64,000 nucleotides of DNA. Source: Chlorobiota bacterium (GTDB taxonomy: Bacteria; Bacteroidota; Bacteroidia; Bacteroidales; JAADJA01). Shown here piece after piece: positions 8,471 to 21,061 of this stretch. The stretch covers positions 1,524 to 65,523 of the forward strand of contig JAADJA010000056.1 of NCBI GenBank assembly GCA_013151015.1. The letters are read 5' to 3'. The notes under the pieces were generated by a model. It worked only from the letters and a program-made list of their open reading frames with translations, was not told the origin of the DNA and ran no database searches. The first letter of the stretch is position 1. Each line of letters starts with the position of its first letter. The position numbers were made by a program, and so were the translations under genes.

Positions 8471-9556
8471 CTATTTCTTGATATTTCTGGCATCCAAAGC
8501 CCTCCTGTACTTATTTGCATTCACTATATGTTGGTCATGGGTTTTTGCAAAAGCGTGATAACCCGAAAAATCGTCTTTTGCGCAAAAGAATAAATAAGAG
8601 TGGTGCTCATAATTCAAAACGGCATCTATGGAAGCAATGGAAGGGATGCAAATGGGCCCTGGTGGCAAACCTTCGTGCAAATATGTATTATAGGGGGAAT
8701 CGATTTTTTTATGGATATTCAAAACACGCCTGATGGAGAAGTCGCCCCAGGCATAAACTATCGTTGGGTCGGCCTGCAAGCGCCAACCGTATTTTAAGCG
8801 GTTGATATATACCCCGGCCATCCTTTCTTTTTCATCGTCCTTGCGGGTTTCCTGTTCTACGATTGAAGCCAAAATGGAAACCTCTAAGGGCGTCATCTCC
8901 AATTCCCGGGCTTTTTGTTTCCGTTCATCGTTCCAAAATTTGTTGTACTCCATGAACATTTTGTCCATGAAATCGGTGGAACTGATATTCCAGTAAACTT
9001 CATAAGTGTTGGGGATAAACAGCGACAAAATGGTCTCAGGTGTTTTTTCAAAAATCTCGGTATAGGAAGAATCGTTCAGCAGTAGGATAATTTCAGCGGA
9101 ATCGGGTTCTATTTGGCTTGAAATGACTTTTGCCAATTGCCCTTTCGTACGGATATTGTTAAAAACCAGTTTTACCGGTGTTTGGTTTCCTGAACGTAAA
9201 AGGTTGATGAGTTCATCGTTGCTCATCCCCGAATAAACAAGGTACCTTCCCGGGTGCACATTCTCCTTCAGGTTCTTTTTCTTGGCCAACCACTCAAAGC
9301 TGATCCTGTTGATAACGATCCCTTTTTCGTACAACATGGTTTTCAAGTCTTCAAAACCCGCACCCGTGGGGATGTACAATGAAACGGATTTCTCGTCTTT
9401 TACCCAGGTATTGGGTTGGTAAATCGTCGTATAAAGTTTATAGCCAATTATCCCGGCAGCTATTAGCAACAGGACAATGAAAATCTGAAAACCCCTGACG
9501 AGTTTTGATTTTTTCTTCCGTTTGCTACTGTTATATCTTGAATGATAATAAGTCAT
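8471..9556 (-). CDS. mltG: Endolytic murein transglycosylase MltG (YceG family)
   Basis: It has an N-terminal membrane anchor. It carries LASIVEQETRKDDE, the catalytic Glu region, and GVYINRLKYGWRLQADPTIVYA. Confidence 0.85.
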   Translation of the reverse strand: MTYYHSRYNSSKRKKKSKLVRGFQIFIVLLLIAAGIIGYKLYTTIYQPNTWVKDEKSVSLYIPTGAGFEDLKTMLYEKGIVINRISFEWLAKKKNLKENVHPGRYLVYSGMSNDELINLLRSGNQTPVKLVFNNIRTKGQLAKVISSQIEPDSAEIILLLNDSSYTEIFEKTPETILSLFIPNTYEVYWNISSTDFMDKMFMEYNKFWNDERKQKARELEMTPLEVSILASIVEQETRKDDEKERMAGVYINRLKYGWRLQADPTIVYAWGDFSIRRVLNIHKKIDSPYNTYLHEGLPPGPICIPSIASIDAVLNYEHHSYLFFCAKDDFSGYHAFAKTHDQHIVNANKYRRALDARNIKK

Positions 9557-9690
9557 TTGTTCCTTTGTTAATTTTGACCTCGGCCTGAAAATCCATTTCG
9601 GAATTCATGGATTATCGGGTTAGAACCTGAATGATAGCTTTTGTACGCAAATATTTTGGAAGGGTTATGCTAATTCCTTTTCCCATCTGT

Positions 9691-10221
9691 TCAAAGTTCC
9701 TGATTCATCAATTGCAAAAAATATTCGTTGTTCCATTGATTGTTTTTCCTCAGCCAATCCCTCTTTTCCCCGGCTATTTCAAAACCCTGGTTCTGGAAAA
9801 GTTTCAGGCTTGCCGAATTTGATGTTTCAATATTGCAAAAAAGCTGGTGCAGTTCCAAAGTCTTGAAACAGTAGTTGGCCAACAGTTTCAACGCCTCGGA
9901 GGCAAAGCCTTTGTTCCGTTCTTTCTTACTGATTAAAACCCCGATCCCTGCCCGCTTGTTCACCGGGTCAAAATCGAACAGGTCGATGGCCCCGATGCAC
10001 TCTTTTTCGTTTTCCCTGGTTTTATCGATCATCAGGCGCAATTGTTTGGAAGTGAAAATATCCTGGTCCGCTGCCATCACATATTGCTCCAATGCAAACC
10101 TTGAAAAAGGGGTAAGCGTATTCGATAAATGCCAACTTTCCCTATCGTTTTCCCATTGATAGAGCAGGTCGATGTCTTCCGGTTCAAGTGCCCTTAAAAT
10201 TATGTTTTTTCCGGTTATCAT
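9691..10221 (-). CDS. GNAT-family N-acetyltransferase (RimJ/RimL-like)
   Basis: 176 aa. It begins LRALEPEDIDLLYQWEND and has an acetyl-CoA-site-like block (NKGFASEALKLLANYCF). Its start overlaps the upstream gene's stop by 4 bp. Confidence 0.75.
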   Translation of the reverse strand: MITGKNIILRALEPEDIDLLYQWENDRESWHLSNTLTPFSRFALEQYVMAADQDIFTSKQLRLMIDKTRENEKECIGAIDLFDFDPVNKRAGIGVLISKKERNKGFASEALKLLANYCFKTLELHQLFCNIETSNSASLKLFQNQGFEIAGEKRDWLRKNNQWNNEYFLQLMNQEL

Positions 10222-11564
10222 TTGTAAGTTTCCAGTATTGATTCAATTTTATGAAGTTTTTCCTGTAACAATTTTTCGTTTGTGGCTTCCACCAATAGCC
10301 GTAAATAAGGTTCGGTGTTGGAAGGGCGGATGTTGAACCACCATTTTTCAAATTCCACCCGGTATCCGTCAAAATCAAAAAACGCAAGGGGTTTTTCTTC
10401 CTTGGTGAAAAAATCCTTTACGGCTTCCATTGCCTCTTTTTTCTTTTCGATTTTATAATTTATTTCACCGGAATTTTCATAATTTTTGATTCGGTCGATC
10501 AGGGCTGAAAAAGAAAGCCCTTCTTTTTTGAACCTGCTTACAATTTGAAGGACAATCAAAGAAGCCATGATCCCCGAATCGGAATAATAAAAGTCGCGGA
10601 AATAATAGTGCCCGGCCAGTTCACCGCCATAAATCCCATCGATCTCCCGCAGCTTCAATGCGGCATAAGCCCTTCCCACTTTCCACATTTCGACCGTGCT
10701 GCCCATTTTGCTTACATATTCCGTAACCGATTTTGAGGATCGTATATCCTGTAACACTTTTCCCTTCAATCCTTTTTTTTCGAGGAAATAATGCCCGAGA
10801 AGTGCAATGATGAGGTCGGGTGGGATAAAGCGGCTGTTTTCGTCCACGAACATTACCCGGTCAGCATCGCCATCATAAATCACCCCAATGTCCGATTTTT
10901 TTAATGCCACGAGTTTCTGGAGCTGCTCCACGTTTTTTGGGATCAATGGGTTGGGCTCGTGGTTGGGGAAAGTGCCATCCGGTTCCAGGTTGATGTAATT
11001 GGGTTGCTGATGGAGAATGTCTTCGATAAGTAATCCGGCAACACCGTTGGAGCAATCCATGGCAATATTCAAATTTGAGAAATCGCCATTATAGGTTTCC
11101 AGGAATTTCAAATAATCGTTCTTTACATCAATTGCCTTGATTTTCCCTTTATTTTGATTGGGGGAAATTCTCTGGCTTTTCAGCACTTTTTCTTCCAATT
11201 CGCCCAATCCCGTATCATATCCCACCGGAAGGGCATCGGTTTTTGAAACTTTCAGGCCATTGTATTCCTTTGGGTTGTGCGAAGCCGTAATCATTATCGA
11301 GGCATCGAAACCGAATTTGGCCGTGGCCCAATAAACCATGGGTGTTGTAGCAAGCCCGGCATCAAACACATCTGCCCCCGAATCGGTAATCCCTTTACAC
11401 AGGTATTCAAATATTTCCGGTGAGGATTTCCGCACATCCCGTCCAATCAGTACTTTATCGGCTTTTATGAGTTCCGGCAAATAATACCCGATTTTATAAA
11501 CATCTTCTTTGTTGAAATCCTTGTTGTAAATTCCCCTTATATCGTATGCATGAAATGCTTTCAT
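10218..11564 (-). CDS. Phosphomannomutase/phosphoglucomutase
   Basis: It has the active-site Ser motif ITASHNPKEYNG and the metal-binding motif YDGDADRVMF. Confidence 0.85.
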   Translation of the reverse strand: MKAFHAYDIRGIYNKDFNKEDVYKIGYYLPELIKADKVLIGRDVRKSSPEIFEYLCKGITDSGADVFDAGLATTPMVYWATAKFGFDASIMITASHNPKEYNGLKVSKTDALPVGYDTGLGELEEKVLKSQRISPNQNKGKIKAIDVKNDYLKFLETYNGDFSNLNIAMDCSNGVAGLLIEDILHQQPNYINLEPDGTFPNHEPNPLIPKNVEQLQKLVALKKSDIGVIYDGDADRVMFVDENSRFIPPDLIIALLGHYFLEKKGLKGKVLQDIRSSKSVTEYVSKMGSTVEMWKVGRAYAALKLREIDGIYGGELAGHYYFRDFYYSDSGIMASLIVLQIVSRFKKEGLSFSALIDRIKNYENSGEINYKIEKKKEAMEAVKDFFTKEEKPLAFFDFDGYRVEFEKWWFNIRPSNTEPYLRLLVEATNEKLLQEKLHKIESILETYK

Positions 11565-11570
11565 ATTTTG

Positions 11571-12047
11571 TTATTCCTTTTTATTGCGTTCTTCAAATTC
11601 AAAATGTTCAACCTGTTCCAAATCCCGTATGATATAAACCCTGTAATCGCCCAAATATTGAAATCCCCCTTTTTTATATAATTCGGTTGCTTTCAGGTTG
11701 GTCTTATGAACTTCCAGTTTGATTTGCATCCCCAGCGACTTTGCAAAATAAATGGATTCGTTGAACAATATTTTCGATAGTCCTTTTCCTTGATAATCAG
11801 GCCTTATCCCAAAATGGTGGAGATAAACCCTCCGGTTGTCATGGGTCAGCCAGGAAGTGCCGATGATTTCTTCCGTGGGATTATGTTCCAGGATTATCAG
11901 TTTCCCGCCAGCTTTAATCGTCCTTTGGATTACTACGTTATCATCGCCCCTTTCGGCACCGCCCATTCCGGTCGCGACCCACAGATTGTTCACTTCTGCG
12001 AAGTCTGCGGCTTTGTAATCCCGTATTTTTAAATCAGAAATTTTCAA
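11571..12047 (-). CDS. GNAT-family acetyltransferase
   Basis: 158 aa. The block HHFGIRPDYQGKGLSKILF is typical of the GNAT acetyl-CoA-binding motif. Confidence 0.7.
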   Translation of the reverse strand: MKISDLKIRDYKAADFAEVNNLWVATGMGGAERGDDNVVIQRTIKAGGKLIILEHNPTEEIIGTSWLTHDNRRVYLHHFGIRPDYQGKGLSKILFNESIYFAKSLGMQIKLEVHKTNLKATELYKKGGFQYLGDYRVYIIRDLEQVEHFEFEERNKKE

Positions 12048-12144
12048 GTCAAAAATTTAATATCACTAATCCACAAATTAAAATCCTTGCGGATTTATGA
12101 TAATAGTAAATAACCCATAAAACCTAACCCTTAACTTTCTATCA

Positions 12145-12921
12145 TTATGTTTTTCCAGAAAAAACCATTTGCGCCGGGCCTTCCAGCCAGATATTCTCAA
12201 ATGAATCCCCGTTTTTTTCAAACTTCACGTTCAATTTTCCACCGGGGGTCTTGATCCCAATGTTCGCCTTTTCTATCCCTTTCTCAATTGCATAGGCTAA
12301 AGCCGAAGCAGTAACGCCTGTCCCGCATGATAATGTTTCATCTTCAACGCCCCTTTCAAAGGTACGCACGAAAATACCATCGTCCCGGATTTCCACAAAG
12401 TTAACATTTGTCCCGTCAGGACTGAATTTCTTATCGAACCTTAATTCTTTTCCTTTTCGAAAAACATCCATTTGTGAAACATTTTCAGAAAAAATAACAT
12501 AATGTGGCGAACCCGTTTCCATGAAAATATTCCCGTCGATTAGTTGATGGTTTTGCACATCCTGCATTTGCAAGGAGACGTAAACAGTATTTTTTTCCTC
12601 TTTCGATATGCTTGCCTGATGAACCCCGTCAATGGAATTGAAGGTGCACTTACCTGAAATCAAACCAAGCCGTTGGGCAAAAGCAACAATGCACCTGCCT
12701 CCGTTACCGCACATGGTCCCCTCTTTTCCATCAGCATTGAAATAACGCATATCAAAATCAAATTTGTCAGATAAGCCAAGGAAAATCAAACCATCGGCAC
12801 CAATGCCAAACCTGCGATGGCACAGCATGGCGATATTTTCTTCAGAAAGCATTGCACGCCCGTCCCTGTTGTCGATCAGGATAAAATCATTTCCCGTACC
12901 GTGATATTTGTAAAAATCCAT
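12145..12921 (-). CDS. dapF: Diaminopimelate epimerase
   Basis: It starts MDFYKYHGTGNDFILID. The two catalytic Cys motifs are present: MCGNGGRC and LSCGTGVTA. Confidence 0.9.
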   Translation of the reverse strand: MDFYKYHGTGNDFILIDNRDGRAMLSEENIAMLCHRRFGIGADGLIFLGLSDKFDFDMRYFNADGKEGTMCGNGGRCIVAFAQRLGLISGKCTFNSIDGVHQASISKEEKNTVYVSLQMQDVQNHQLIDGNIFMETGSPHYVIFSENVSQMDVFRKGKELRFDKKFSPDGTNVNFVEIRDDGIFVRTFERGVEDETLSCGTGVTASALAYAIEKGIEKANIGIKTPGGKLNVKFEKNGDSFENIWLEGPAQMVFSGKT

Positions 12922-13378
12922 TTTGTTTTATTCTGACAATTTTTTGAAAGGCTTGTGCCAAAACGGCCTTAATTTTTTACAAATTTATGAATCCTGTGAA
13001 ATCAGGGAATAAATATATTTGATTTTGTTAACCAATCAATCTTAATAAATCCACGAAAATTCTGCATTGGTGAAACTTACAAAACAAGTTCAGCAAAACA
13101 GGCATTGTTGTTTTTGTCTTTTTCGAGGCGGAAAAACTGCGGATAGCCTATGCTCCGCTAAAGTTTCAGCGACATACGGACAATTTATTCAATGTTTACC
13201 AAAAAAGCAAAAAACGAGAAGAACCATAATAATTAACAGGATTTAACAGGGGCGAAGAAACTTCACCTATAAAAAAGCGTTTGTCTTTTTATTGATTTGG
13301 AATTGCATTTTTCGTATTTTTAACCGCTTCCGGGCATAGATATTGATGAACAAAAAACCTTCTTAAAAATCTATTCAA

Positions 13379-14824
13379 ATGAAAAAATTATCAACTAACT
13401 TACTCATGGCCATTTTGGGTGGCATTGTTGCAATCCTGATATATAAGTCACTGGACAATAAGACAGTTGGCTTGATTTCCGATCCGAAACAAGGAATCGA
13501 AGTGGTTCCGGCAAGCTATACATTGCCTGTTCCGGTCATGGGGCCTGATTTTGTGGAAGCTGCGGATTTGTCGGTTCATGCCGTTGTCCACATAAAAGCC
13601 GAGTGGAGCCAACGGACACAAACCTATGATAATTTCTTTGATCTGTTCAATGATTTTTTTGGGAACCCGCACCAAAAGTATTATTATAATCAACCTGTGA
13701 TAGCAACGGGCTCGGGCGTAATTATTTCAGATGACGGCTATATTGTGACCAATAACCACGTGGTGCAGGAGGCCGAAAAGTTGGAAGTGACCCTTAACGA
13801 TAACCGGAGTTTTGAAGCGAAGATTATCGGGACAGACCCAAGTACCGATTTGGCTTTGATAAAGATTGAGAGTTCGGGCCTGCCTTCTCTCGAGTATGGT
13901 GACTCCGACAATTTGAGGGTTGGGGAATGGGTGCTTGCGGTGGGAAACCCTTTTAACTTGACCTCGACCGTAACTGCAGGGATTGTGAGTGCCAAAGCCC
14001 GTAACATAAATATACTGGGTGCCAGGTCGGCCATCGAATCTTTTATACAGACCGATGCGGTCGTGAACAGGGGAAACAGCGGAGGTGCCCTGGTGAACAC
14101 GGATGGGGACTTGGTTGGCATAAACGCGGCAATCGCTTCCAACACCGGATCATATACCGGCTATTCCTTTGCGATTCCCGTGAATATCGTGAAAAAGGTG
14201 ATCGGCGATTTTATGGAATACGGTGAGGTTCAGCGTGCCTATTTGGGGATCACCTTTAGGGAAGTGGACAGTAAATTTGCCGAAGATTATGACCTGGACG
14301 AAGCGAACGGTGTTTATATTGCCGAGATATTGGAAGGAAGCGGTGCACGAAAGGCAGGTCTTGAAGCAGGTGATGTAATTGTGAAAATTGACAATACGAA
14401 AATAAATTCCAAGTCGTCTTTGCTTGAAACAATCGGGACAAAAAGGCCTGGGGATATTGTAAAGGTTTTCGTTGTGAGGGATCATAAATTGAAGGAATTC
14501 GATGTTGAACTAAAAAACATCAGTGGGAATACCGAGATCATCAAAAACAACCGGATTGAACTTTTAGGGGCAAGCTTTGTTGGATTAAGCGAAGAGGAAA
14601 AAGCGGAACTGAATATAGATCATGGGTTAAAGATTGTTGAACTGGTATCCGGTAAATTCAAAAGCAGCGGGATACGCGAAGGCTTTATCGTGATGAGTAT
14701 CGACAAGGAACCGGTGGAAACGGTACAAGACCTTCATATTGTACTTAATGGAAAAACCGGTGGTACTTTGGTAGAGGGGATTTATCCAAATGGACAAAGG
14801 GCTTATTATGGACTTGGACTTTGA
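13379..14824 (+). CDS. HtrA/DegP/DegQ-family periplasmic serine protease with two PDZ domains
   Basis: The catalytic triad contexts are present: TNNHVV, DLALIK and GNSGGALVN. Two PDZ-like segments follow at the C-terminus. Confidence 0.85.
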   Translation: MKKLSTNLLMAILGGIVAILIYKSLDNKTVGLISDPKQGIEVVPASYTLPVPVMGPDFVEAADLSVHAVVHIKAEWSQRTQTYDNFFDLFNDFFGNPHQKYYYNQPVIATGSGVIISDDGYIVTNNHVVQEAEKLEVTLNDNRSFEAKIIGTDPSTDLALIKIESSGLPSLEYGDSDNLRVGEWVLAVGNPFNLTSTVTAGIVSAKARNINILGARSAIESFIQTDAVVNRGNSGGALVNTDGDLVGINAAIASNTGSYTGYSFAIPVNIVKKVIGDFMEYGEVQRAYLGITFREVDSKFAEDYDLDEANGVYIAEILEGSGARKAGLEAGDVIVKIDNTKINSKSSLLETIGTKRPGDIVKVFVVRDHKLKEFDVELKNISGNTEIIKNNRIELLGASFVGLSEEEKAELNIDHGLKIVELVSGKFKSSGIREGFIVMSIDKEPVETVQDLHIVLNGKTGGTLVEGIYPNGQRAYYGLGL

Positions 14825-14948
14825 TGATTTGCCCAAAAGAATCAAAGGATTCCTAAAAATTTTACAATATTTTTTTAATATATAAAGTTAATAATGAGCG
14901 AAATGTATGGGTATGCTTAAAAAACACAAGCTTAATTCGATAATTAAT

Positions 14949-14979
14949 TTTGGAAAAGCATTTATTTTTCGTATATTTG
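14949..14979 (+). promoter_or_regulatory. Bacteroidota sigma-A type promoter upstream of rpoD
   Basis: TTTG lies at 14949-14952, followed by a 19-nt spacer and TATATTTG at 14972-14979. This matches the TTTG-N19-21-TAnnTTTG consensus. Confidence 0.55.
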
Positions 14980-15044
14980 TGTACTTTTTTGGCCAACGTT
15001 TAGCTGGTTGATTATCAGGGAATTAAGCAATAAATAAATATATA

Positions 15045-15911
15045 ATGAGACAACTCAAAATCACAAAATCGATCACCAATCGTGAAACAGCTTCTTTGGA
15101 CAAATATCTTCAGGATATTGGCAAGGAGGAGTTGATTACGGCTGACGAGGAGGTAAGTTTAGCCCAAAAGGTTCACCAGGGTGATCAAATTGCCCTCGAA
15201 AAATTAGTGAAAGCAAACCTCCGTTTTGTAGTATCGGTTGCAAAGCAGTATCAAAACCAGGGATTGAGCCTTCCTGATTTGATTAATGAAGGAAACCTTG
15301 GTTTGATAAAAGCTGCCAAGAGGTTTGATGAAACAAGGGGATTTAAATTCATCTCTTATGCCGTTTGGTGGATCCGCCAGTCCATTTTGCAGGCCTTGGC
15401 CGAGCAATCAAGGATTATCAGGTTACCGCTGAACCAGGTTGGGTCGCTGAACAAAATCAAAAAGGCAACATCAAAACTGGAGCAAAAATATGAACGGACA
15501 CCTTCATCGGAAGAAATTGCCGAGAAATTGGAAGTGCCCGATTATAAAATCACTGCCGCCAAGAAAATCACCACAAGGTATATTTCGATGGATGCACCAT
15601 TGACCCAGGATGATGAAACGAAATTCCTGGATGTTTTTGTTTCCGAGGATTCCTCCCGGACCGATGATGACCTGATGAAGGAATCATTGGCGCGTGAAAT
15701 CCAACGTTCGTTGGCAACCCTTACCAAAAAGGAAAGGGACGTGATCAATCTGTATTATGGAATTGGTATGCCACACGGATTGACATTGGAAGAAATAGGT
15801 GCAAAATTTGATTTGACACGCGAAAGGGTTCGACAGATCAAAGAAAAAGCAATCCGGAGATTAAAGCATACTTCAAGGAGCAAATTGCTGAAAGCTTATC
15901 TTGGCCAGTAA
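15045..15911 (+). CDS. rpoD: Primary RNA polymerase sigma factor (sigma-70 family)
   Basis: 288 aa, the typical size for Bacteroidota. Region 2 is present ([32 protein letters not shown]), as is the region 4.2 HTH ([28 protein letters not shown]). Confidence 0.9.
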   Translation: MRQLKITKSITNRETASLDKYLQDIGKEELITADEEVSLAQKVHQGDQIALEKLVKANLRFVVSVAKQYQNQGLSLPDLINEGNLGLIKAAKRFDETRGFKFISYAVWWIRQSILQALAEQSRIIRLPLNQVGSLNKIKKATSKLEQKYERTPSSEEIAEKLEVPDYKITAAKKITTRYISMDAPLTQDDETKFLDVFVSEDSSRTDDDLMKESLAREIQRSLATLTKKERDVINLYYGIGMPHGLTLEEIGAKFDLTRERVRQIKEKAIRRLKHTSRSKLLKAYLGQ

Positions 15912-15931
15912 TTCCTATAAAAATTTGAAAA

Positions 15932-15968
15932 AGGGCTTATTACTTTTTGTGATAAGCCCTTTTTTTTT
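15932..15968 (+). terminator. Rho-independent terminator of rpoD
   Basis: The stem agggcttat/ataagccct lies at 15932-15960. It is followed by eight T residues at 15961-15968. Confidence 0.75.
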
Positions 15969-16020
15969 AATTTTGACGTCATTATTATCTGAAAACTTTT
16001 AATCATTTAAATCCCATATA

Positions 16021-17496
16021 ATGAATACCAAAAAAAATGACCCAAAACATCCGGAAACCTATTCCAACTTACTGAGTGAGTGGATTGATGATGAAAAAGC
16101 GGGCTTTGAGTTCATTGATGTGCTCGGCAAGCTTTTTTATGACAAATCTGTTGAGTTGATTTTTTTCCGGAACCAGTTGATCGACCGTAGTTCCAGTATT
16201 ATCCTGTTCAAGCATTCTTATGCAGAAACGGTGATCGGCAAAAAGCTCAGGATCCATGACACGCTGATGCTTGCAAGGGAAATCTACCTGATGAACCTTG
16301 GTGCCTGTAAGATTGATATTGGAAAATTGAACCAGGAGTGGGTTGAACAACAAAAAGATTATAATTCCGAGACAAAATTATTTCTTGCCGATAAACTAAA
16401 GGGTATCATAGGGAAGCCAAGAAAAAACGATAAACCCGTTGATGTGGTTTTATTTGGTTTTGGCCGGATCGGCCGTTTGCTGCTCCGTGAATTGATTATC
16501 CAGGGAAATGGGACACAATTGCTCCCCAAAGCCGTAGTTACCAGAAACGTGACACCTGAAAGTATTTCAAAGCGGGCATCCCTTGTGCGCCATGATTCGG
16601 TTCATGGCCCTTTCCGTGGGAATGTTATCGAAGATATCGAGAACGAATCCATTTATTTGAATGGACATATGGTGAAGATGATCGGGGGATCAAATCCCGA
16701 AGATATTGATTATGAATCCTATGGTATCCATGATGCTTTATTGATTGACAATACCGGGATATTCCGTGACAGGGAGGGCTTGAGCAAGCACCTGAAAGCA
16801 AAAGGGATTTCAAAGGTGTTGTTTACGGCACCGGCAAAAGGCGATGTCCCGAATATCGTTTTTGGTGTAAACCATTTACAATTTGCCCCTGATTCCGATA
16901 ATGTGTTTTCAGCTGCATCATGTACCACAAATGCCATCGTTCCGACACTTCATGTTGTCGAAAATAAGTTAGGCATTGAAAAGGGGCATGTAGAAACGGT
17001 CCACTCATACACGAACGACCAGAACCTGTTGGACAATTACCATAAAAAGCCCCGTCGTGGGCGGGCAGCACCGTTGAATATGGTGATTACCACCACTGGT
17101 TCAGGTACGGCTGCCGCAAAGGTAATCCCAAGCCTGAAAGGTAAAATGACGGCCAATGCGATCCGTGTACCTACGGCCAATGTTTCCCTTGCGATTTTGG
17201 CACTTACTGTCAAGAAACCCACAAACAGGAAGGAAGTTGTGGAACTATTGCGACATGCGGCCCTAAAAGGGGATTTTGTCGAACAAATCCGTTTTTCGGC
17301 TTCCAACGAGTCGGTCTCGTCCGATTTCATTGGCGACCCTGTTGCCGGTATTTTTGATGCACCTGCAACCCAGGTTTCTGCCGATGGCAAGAATATCCTT
17401 ATTTATATGTGGTACGATAATGAATTTGGATATACCATGCAGGTTTTGCGCCTTGCAAGGTATGTTGCAAAGGTTGAACGTTATAAATATGTATAA
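16021..17496 (+). CDS. gap: Glyceraldehyde-3-phosphate dehydrogenase, long form with an N-terminal extension
   Basis: It has the Rossmann motif FGFGRIGR and the catalytic Cys motif ASCTTNAIVP. The C-terminus contains YDNEFGY. Confidence 0.85.
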   Translation: MNTKKNDPKHPETYSNLLSEWIDDEKAGFEFIDVLGKLFYDKSVELIFFRNQLIDRSSSIILFKHSYAETVIGKKLRIHDTLMLAREIYLMNLGACKIDIGKLNQEWVEQQKDYNSETKLFLADKLKGIIGKPRKNDKPVDVVLFGFGRIGRLLLRELIIQGNGTQLLPKAVVTRNVTPESISKRASLVRHDSVHGPFRGNVIEDIENESIYLNGHMVKMIGGSNPEDIDYESYGIHDALLIDNTGIFRDREGLSKHLKAKGISKVLFTAPAKGDVPNIVFGVNHLQFAPDSDNVFSAASCTTNAIVPTLHVVENKLGIEKGHVETVHSYTNDQNLLDNYHKKPRRGRAAPLNMVITTTGSGTAAAKVIPSLKGKMTANAIRVPTANVSLAILALTVKKPTNRKEVVELLRHAALKGDFVEQIRFSASNESVSSDFIGDPVAGIFDAPATQVSADGKNILIYMWYDNEFGYTMQVLRLARYVAKVERYKYV

Positions 17497-17575
17497 AGGG
17501 CTTTTCCTGAGAATTTGGGTAGTTCAAAAAGAATTGCCTTTTTTTCGTTTTTATCCTTTTGTTTTTCCCAAATAA

Positions 17576-19219
<1,644 letters not shown>

Positions 19220-19256
19220 TAGACACGAATCAAACTAATTGGGAAAATCCAAACTC

Positions 19257-20012
19257 ATGAAAAAAGGGATTATATTGCTTTTTGTAAGTATTCTTGGTTT
19301 GCTAAACTCTTGTGATGTGGCAAACGATTTAATGAAGGTAGCTTCGCAAAACCTGCCCCTCACCGAACAAGAGGTTGTAAATGGTTTAAAATCAGCGCTG
19401 GAAATAAGTACGGACACGGCTGTAAGTATCGTATCTGCAACCAATGGCTTTTTCAAGGATAATGCGATTAAAATCCTTCTTCCCCCCGAAGCGGATATTA
19501 TTGCCCAGAATATGAACAACCCTTTATTGAAGGCAATAGGGGTTTCGGGGATGATCGAGGATGTGATATTGAGGATGAACCGATCAGCGGAACAGGCGGC
19601 CAAACAGGCAACTCCTATTTTTGTCAATGCCATCAAAACAATGTCCATCCAGGATGCTTTTGGCATTTTGAACGGATCGGATACTTCCGCAACCCACTTT
19701 TTCAGGGTAAAGACTTACAACCAGCTCCAGAATGCTTTCAAGCCCAAAATCCGTAATTCGCTGAACAAGCCCATAGTGAGCGGGGTTTCTGCCAACAAAG
19801 CCTGGAACTCTTTGACCAGTGGCTATAATGAGGTGGCAAATTTTGTCCCCGGTTGGAAAAAGGTAAATACCAGCCTGGATGATTATGTTACCCGAAAAGC
19901 ACTTAATGGCTTGTTCCTGAAAGTGGCCCTCGAAGAAAAACATATCCGCAACAACCCATCGGCCCGAGTAAACGATATCCTGAAAAGGGTTTTTGGGGAG
20001 AAGTTGTATTAA
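19257..20012 (+). CDS. DUF4197-like lipoprotein
   Basis: It has a lipoprotein signal (LLFVSILGLLNSC). The C-terminus (YVTRKALNGLFLKVALEEKHIRNNPSARVNDILKRVFG) matches my memory of DUF4197. I prefer the ATG at 19257 over the TTG at 19239. Confidence 0.55.
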   Translation: MKKGIILLFVSILGLLNSCDVANDLMKVASQNLPLTEQEVVNGLKSALEISTDTAVSIVSATNGFFKDNAIKILLPPEADIIAQNMNNPLLKAIGVSGMIEDVILRMNRSAEQAAKQATPIFVNAIKTMSIQDAFGILNGSDTSATHFFRVKTYNQLQNAFKPKIRNSLNKPIVSGVSANKAWNSLTSGYNEVANFVPGWKKVNTSLDDYVTRKALNGLFLKVALEEKHIRNNPSARVNDILKRVFGEKLY

Positions 20013-20074
20013 CCTACAAGACTGTTTTGTTTGAATAAATGATGAGTTACCCAATCCTTTAGGTTTGGGCAAAA

Positions 20075-21061
20075 CTACTCTATCCCCGCAAAGTGCTTCA
20101 TAAATTGCACCCGTTCATAAGCCGCCGGGTTTTCGGTTTCCCTGAAGCTCATTTTCCCTATGAATTTATCGGTTGTGGCAAAATCGTGTTTGTTCATCCA
20201 TTTATCGATAAAATAGAGCATTTCGGGGATTACGCTGTTCCCGTTTTTATAAAGTGTAGAAGCTATTTGCACTGCTTTGGCGCCGGCCAGCATTTGTTTC
20301 ACGGCCCCTTTTCCGTCATGTACACCTGTGGAAGCGGCAATGTCGCAATGTACCCTGTCGGACAGCATGGCAACCCAGCGCAAGGTGTTGGAAATATCAC
20401 TTGGTGAACTGAAGACATTGGTTGCCGTGATTTCAAAATTGTCAATATCAATATCCGGGGAGAAAAAACGGTTGAACAAAACCATCCCTTTGATCCCTGT
20501 CCAGGAAAGTTTGAGCGCAGTTTTGGCCAGGCCCGAAAAATAATAGCTGATTTTTACGGAAAGGGGGATTGTGATCTCTTTTAAAACACTTAGGACAACA
20601 TCAAAATAAACCTGCTCGTTTTCCTCTCCGTTCCGCTTTGGGTCGGAAGGGAGGATGAAAATATTCAATTCGAGGGCATCGGCCCCGGCTTCCTCCAATT
20701 TCTTCGCAAAGGAAATCCAATCGGATTTCGAAACACAGTTGATACTGGCAATTACAGGAATGTAAACTTTGGACTTGCAGCCCCTTATCAGGCTCAGGTA
20801 TTCGGCCACATCATGTTCTTGCGAATAATTGCTGATGTAGTCCTCGGCTTCGGGATAAGCGTATAATGGATCGCTTTGGGTAACTGTTTTATGGATTTGC
20901 ATTTGTATCTGCTCCTCAAAAAGGGACTTGAGAACAACGGCCCCCACACCGGCTTTTTCAAGCTCAACCACTTTTTCCACTGAATTGGTCATGCCCGAAC
21001 TCCCTGCAATGATAGGGTTTTTAAGTTCAAGTCCCATGTATTTTGTCCTTAGGTCTGCCAT
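20075..21061 (-). CDS. Dihydroorotate dehydrogenase-like (PyrD-family TIM-barrel) protein
   Basis: It starts MADLRTKYMGLELKNPIIAGSSG, and the pattern through the rest fits a FMN-binding TIM barrel. I prefer the start at 21061 over the upstream extension. Confidence 0.7.
   Translation of the reverse strand: MADLRTKYMGLELKNPIIAGSSGMTNSVEKVVELEKAGVGAVVLKSLFEEQIQMQIHKTVTQSDPLYAYPEAEDYISNYSQEHDVAEYLSLIRGCKSKVYIPVIASINCVSKSDWISFAKKLEEAGADALELNIFILPSDPKRNGEENEQVYFDVVLSVLKEITIPLSVKISYYFSGLAKTALKLSWTGIKGMVLFNRFFSPDIDIDNFEITATNVFSSPSDISNTLRWVAMLSDRVHCDIAASTGVHDGKGAVKQMLAGAKAVQIASTLYKNGNSVIPEMLYFIDKWMNKHDFATTDKFIGKMSFRETENPAAYERVQFMKHFAGIE

Noticed and set aside
12111-12137. Telomere-like CCCTAA/TTAGGG words in intergenic tracts.
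   Set aside because: They are single or partial occurrences embedded in a broader CTTAAC/CCTAAC-rich motif, not a tandem hexamer array. The tracts are reported only as a low-interest motif family.
12922-13378. A 458-bp intergenic region upstream of the HtrA-like gene, examined for a riboswitch or sRNA.
   Set aside because: I saw only weak local hairpins (for example gcgga...tccgc around 13130-13165) and no motif I recognise. That is not enough evidence to call an RNA gene.
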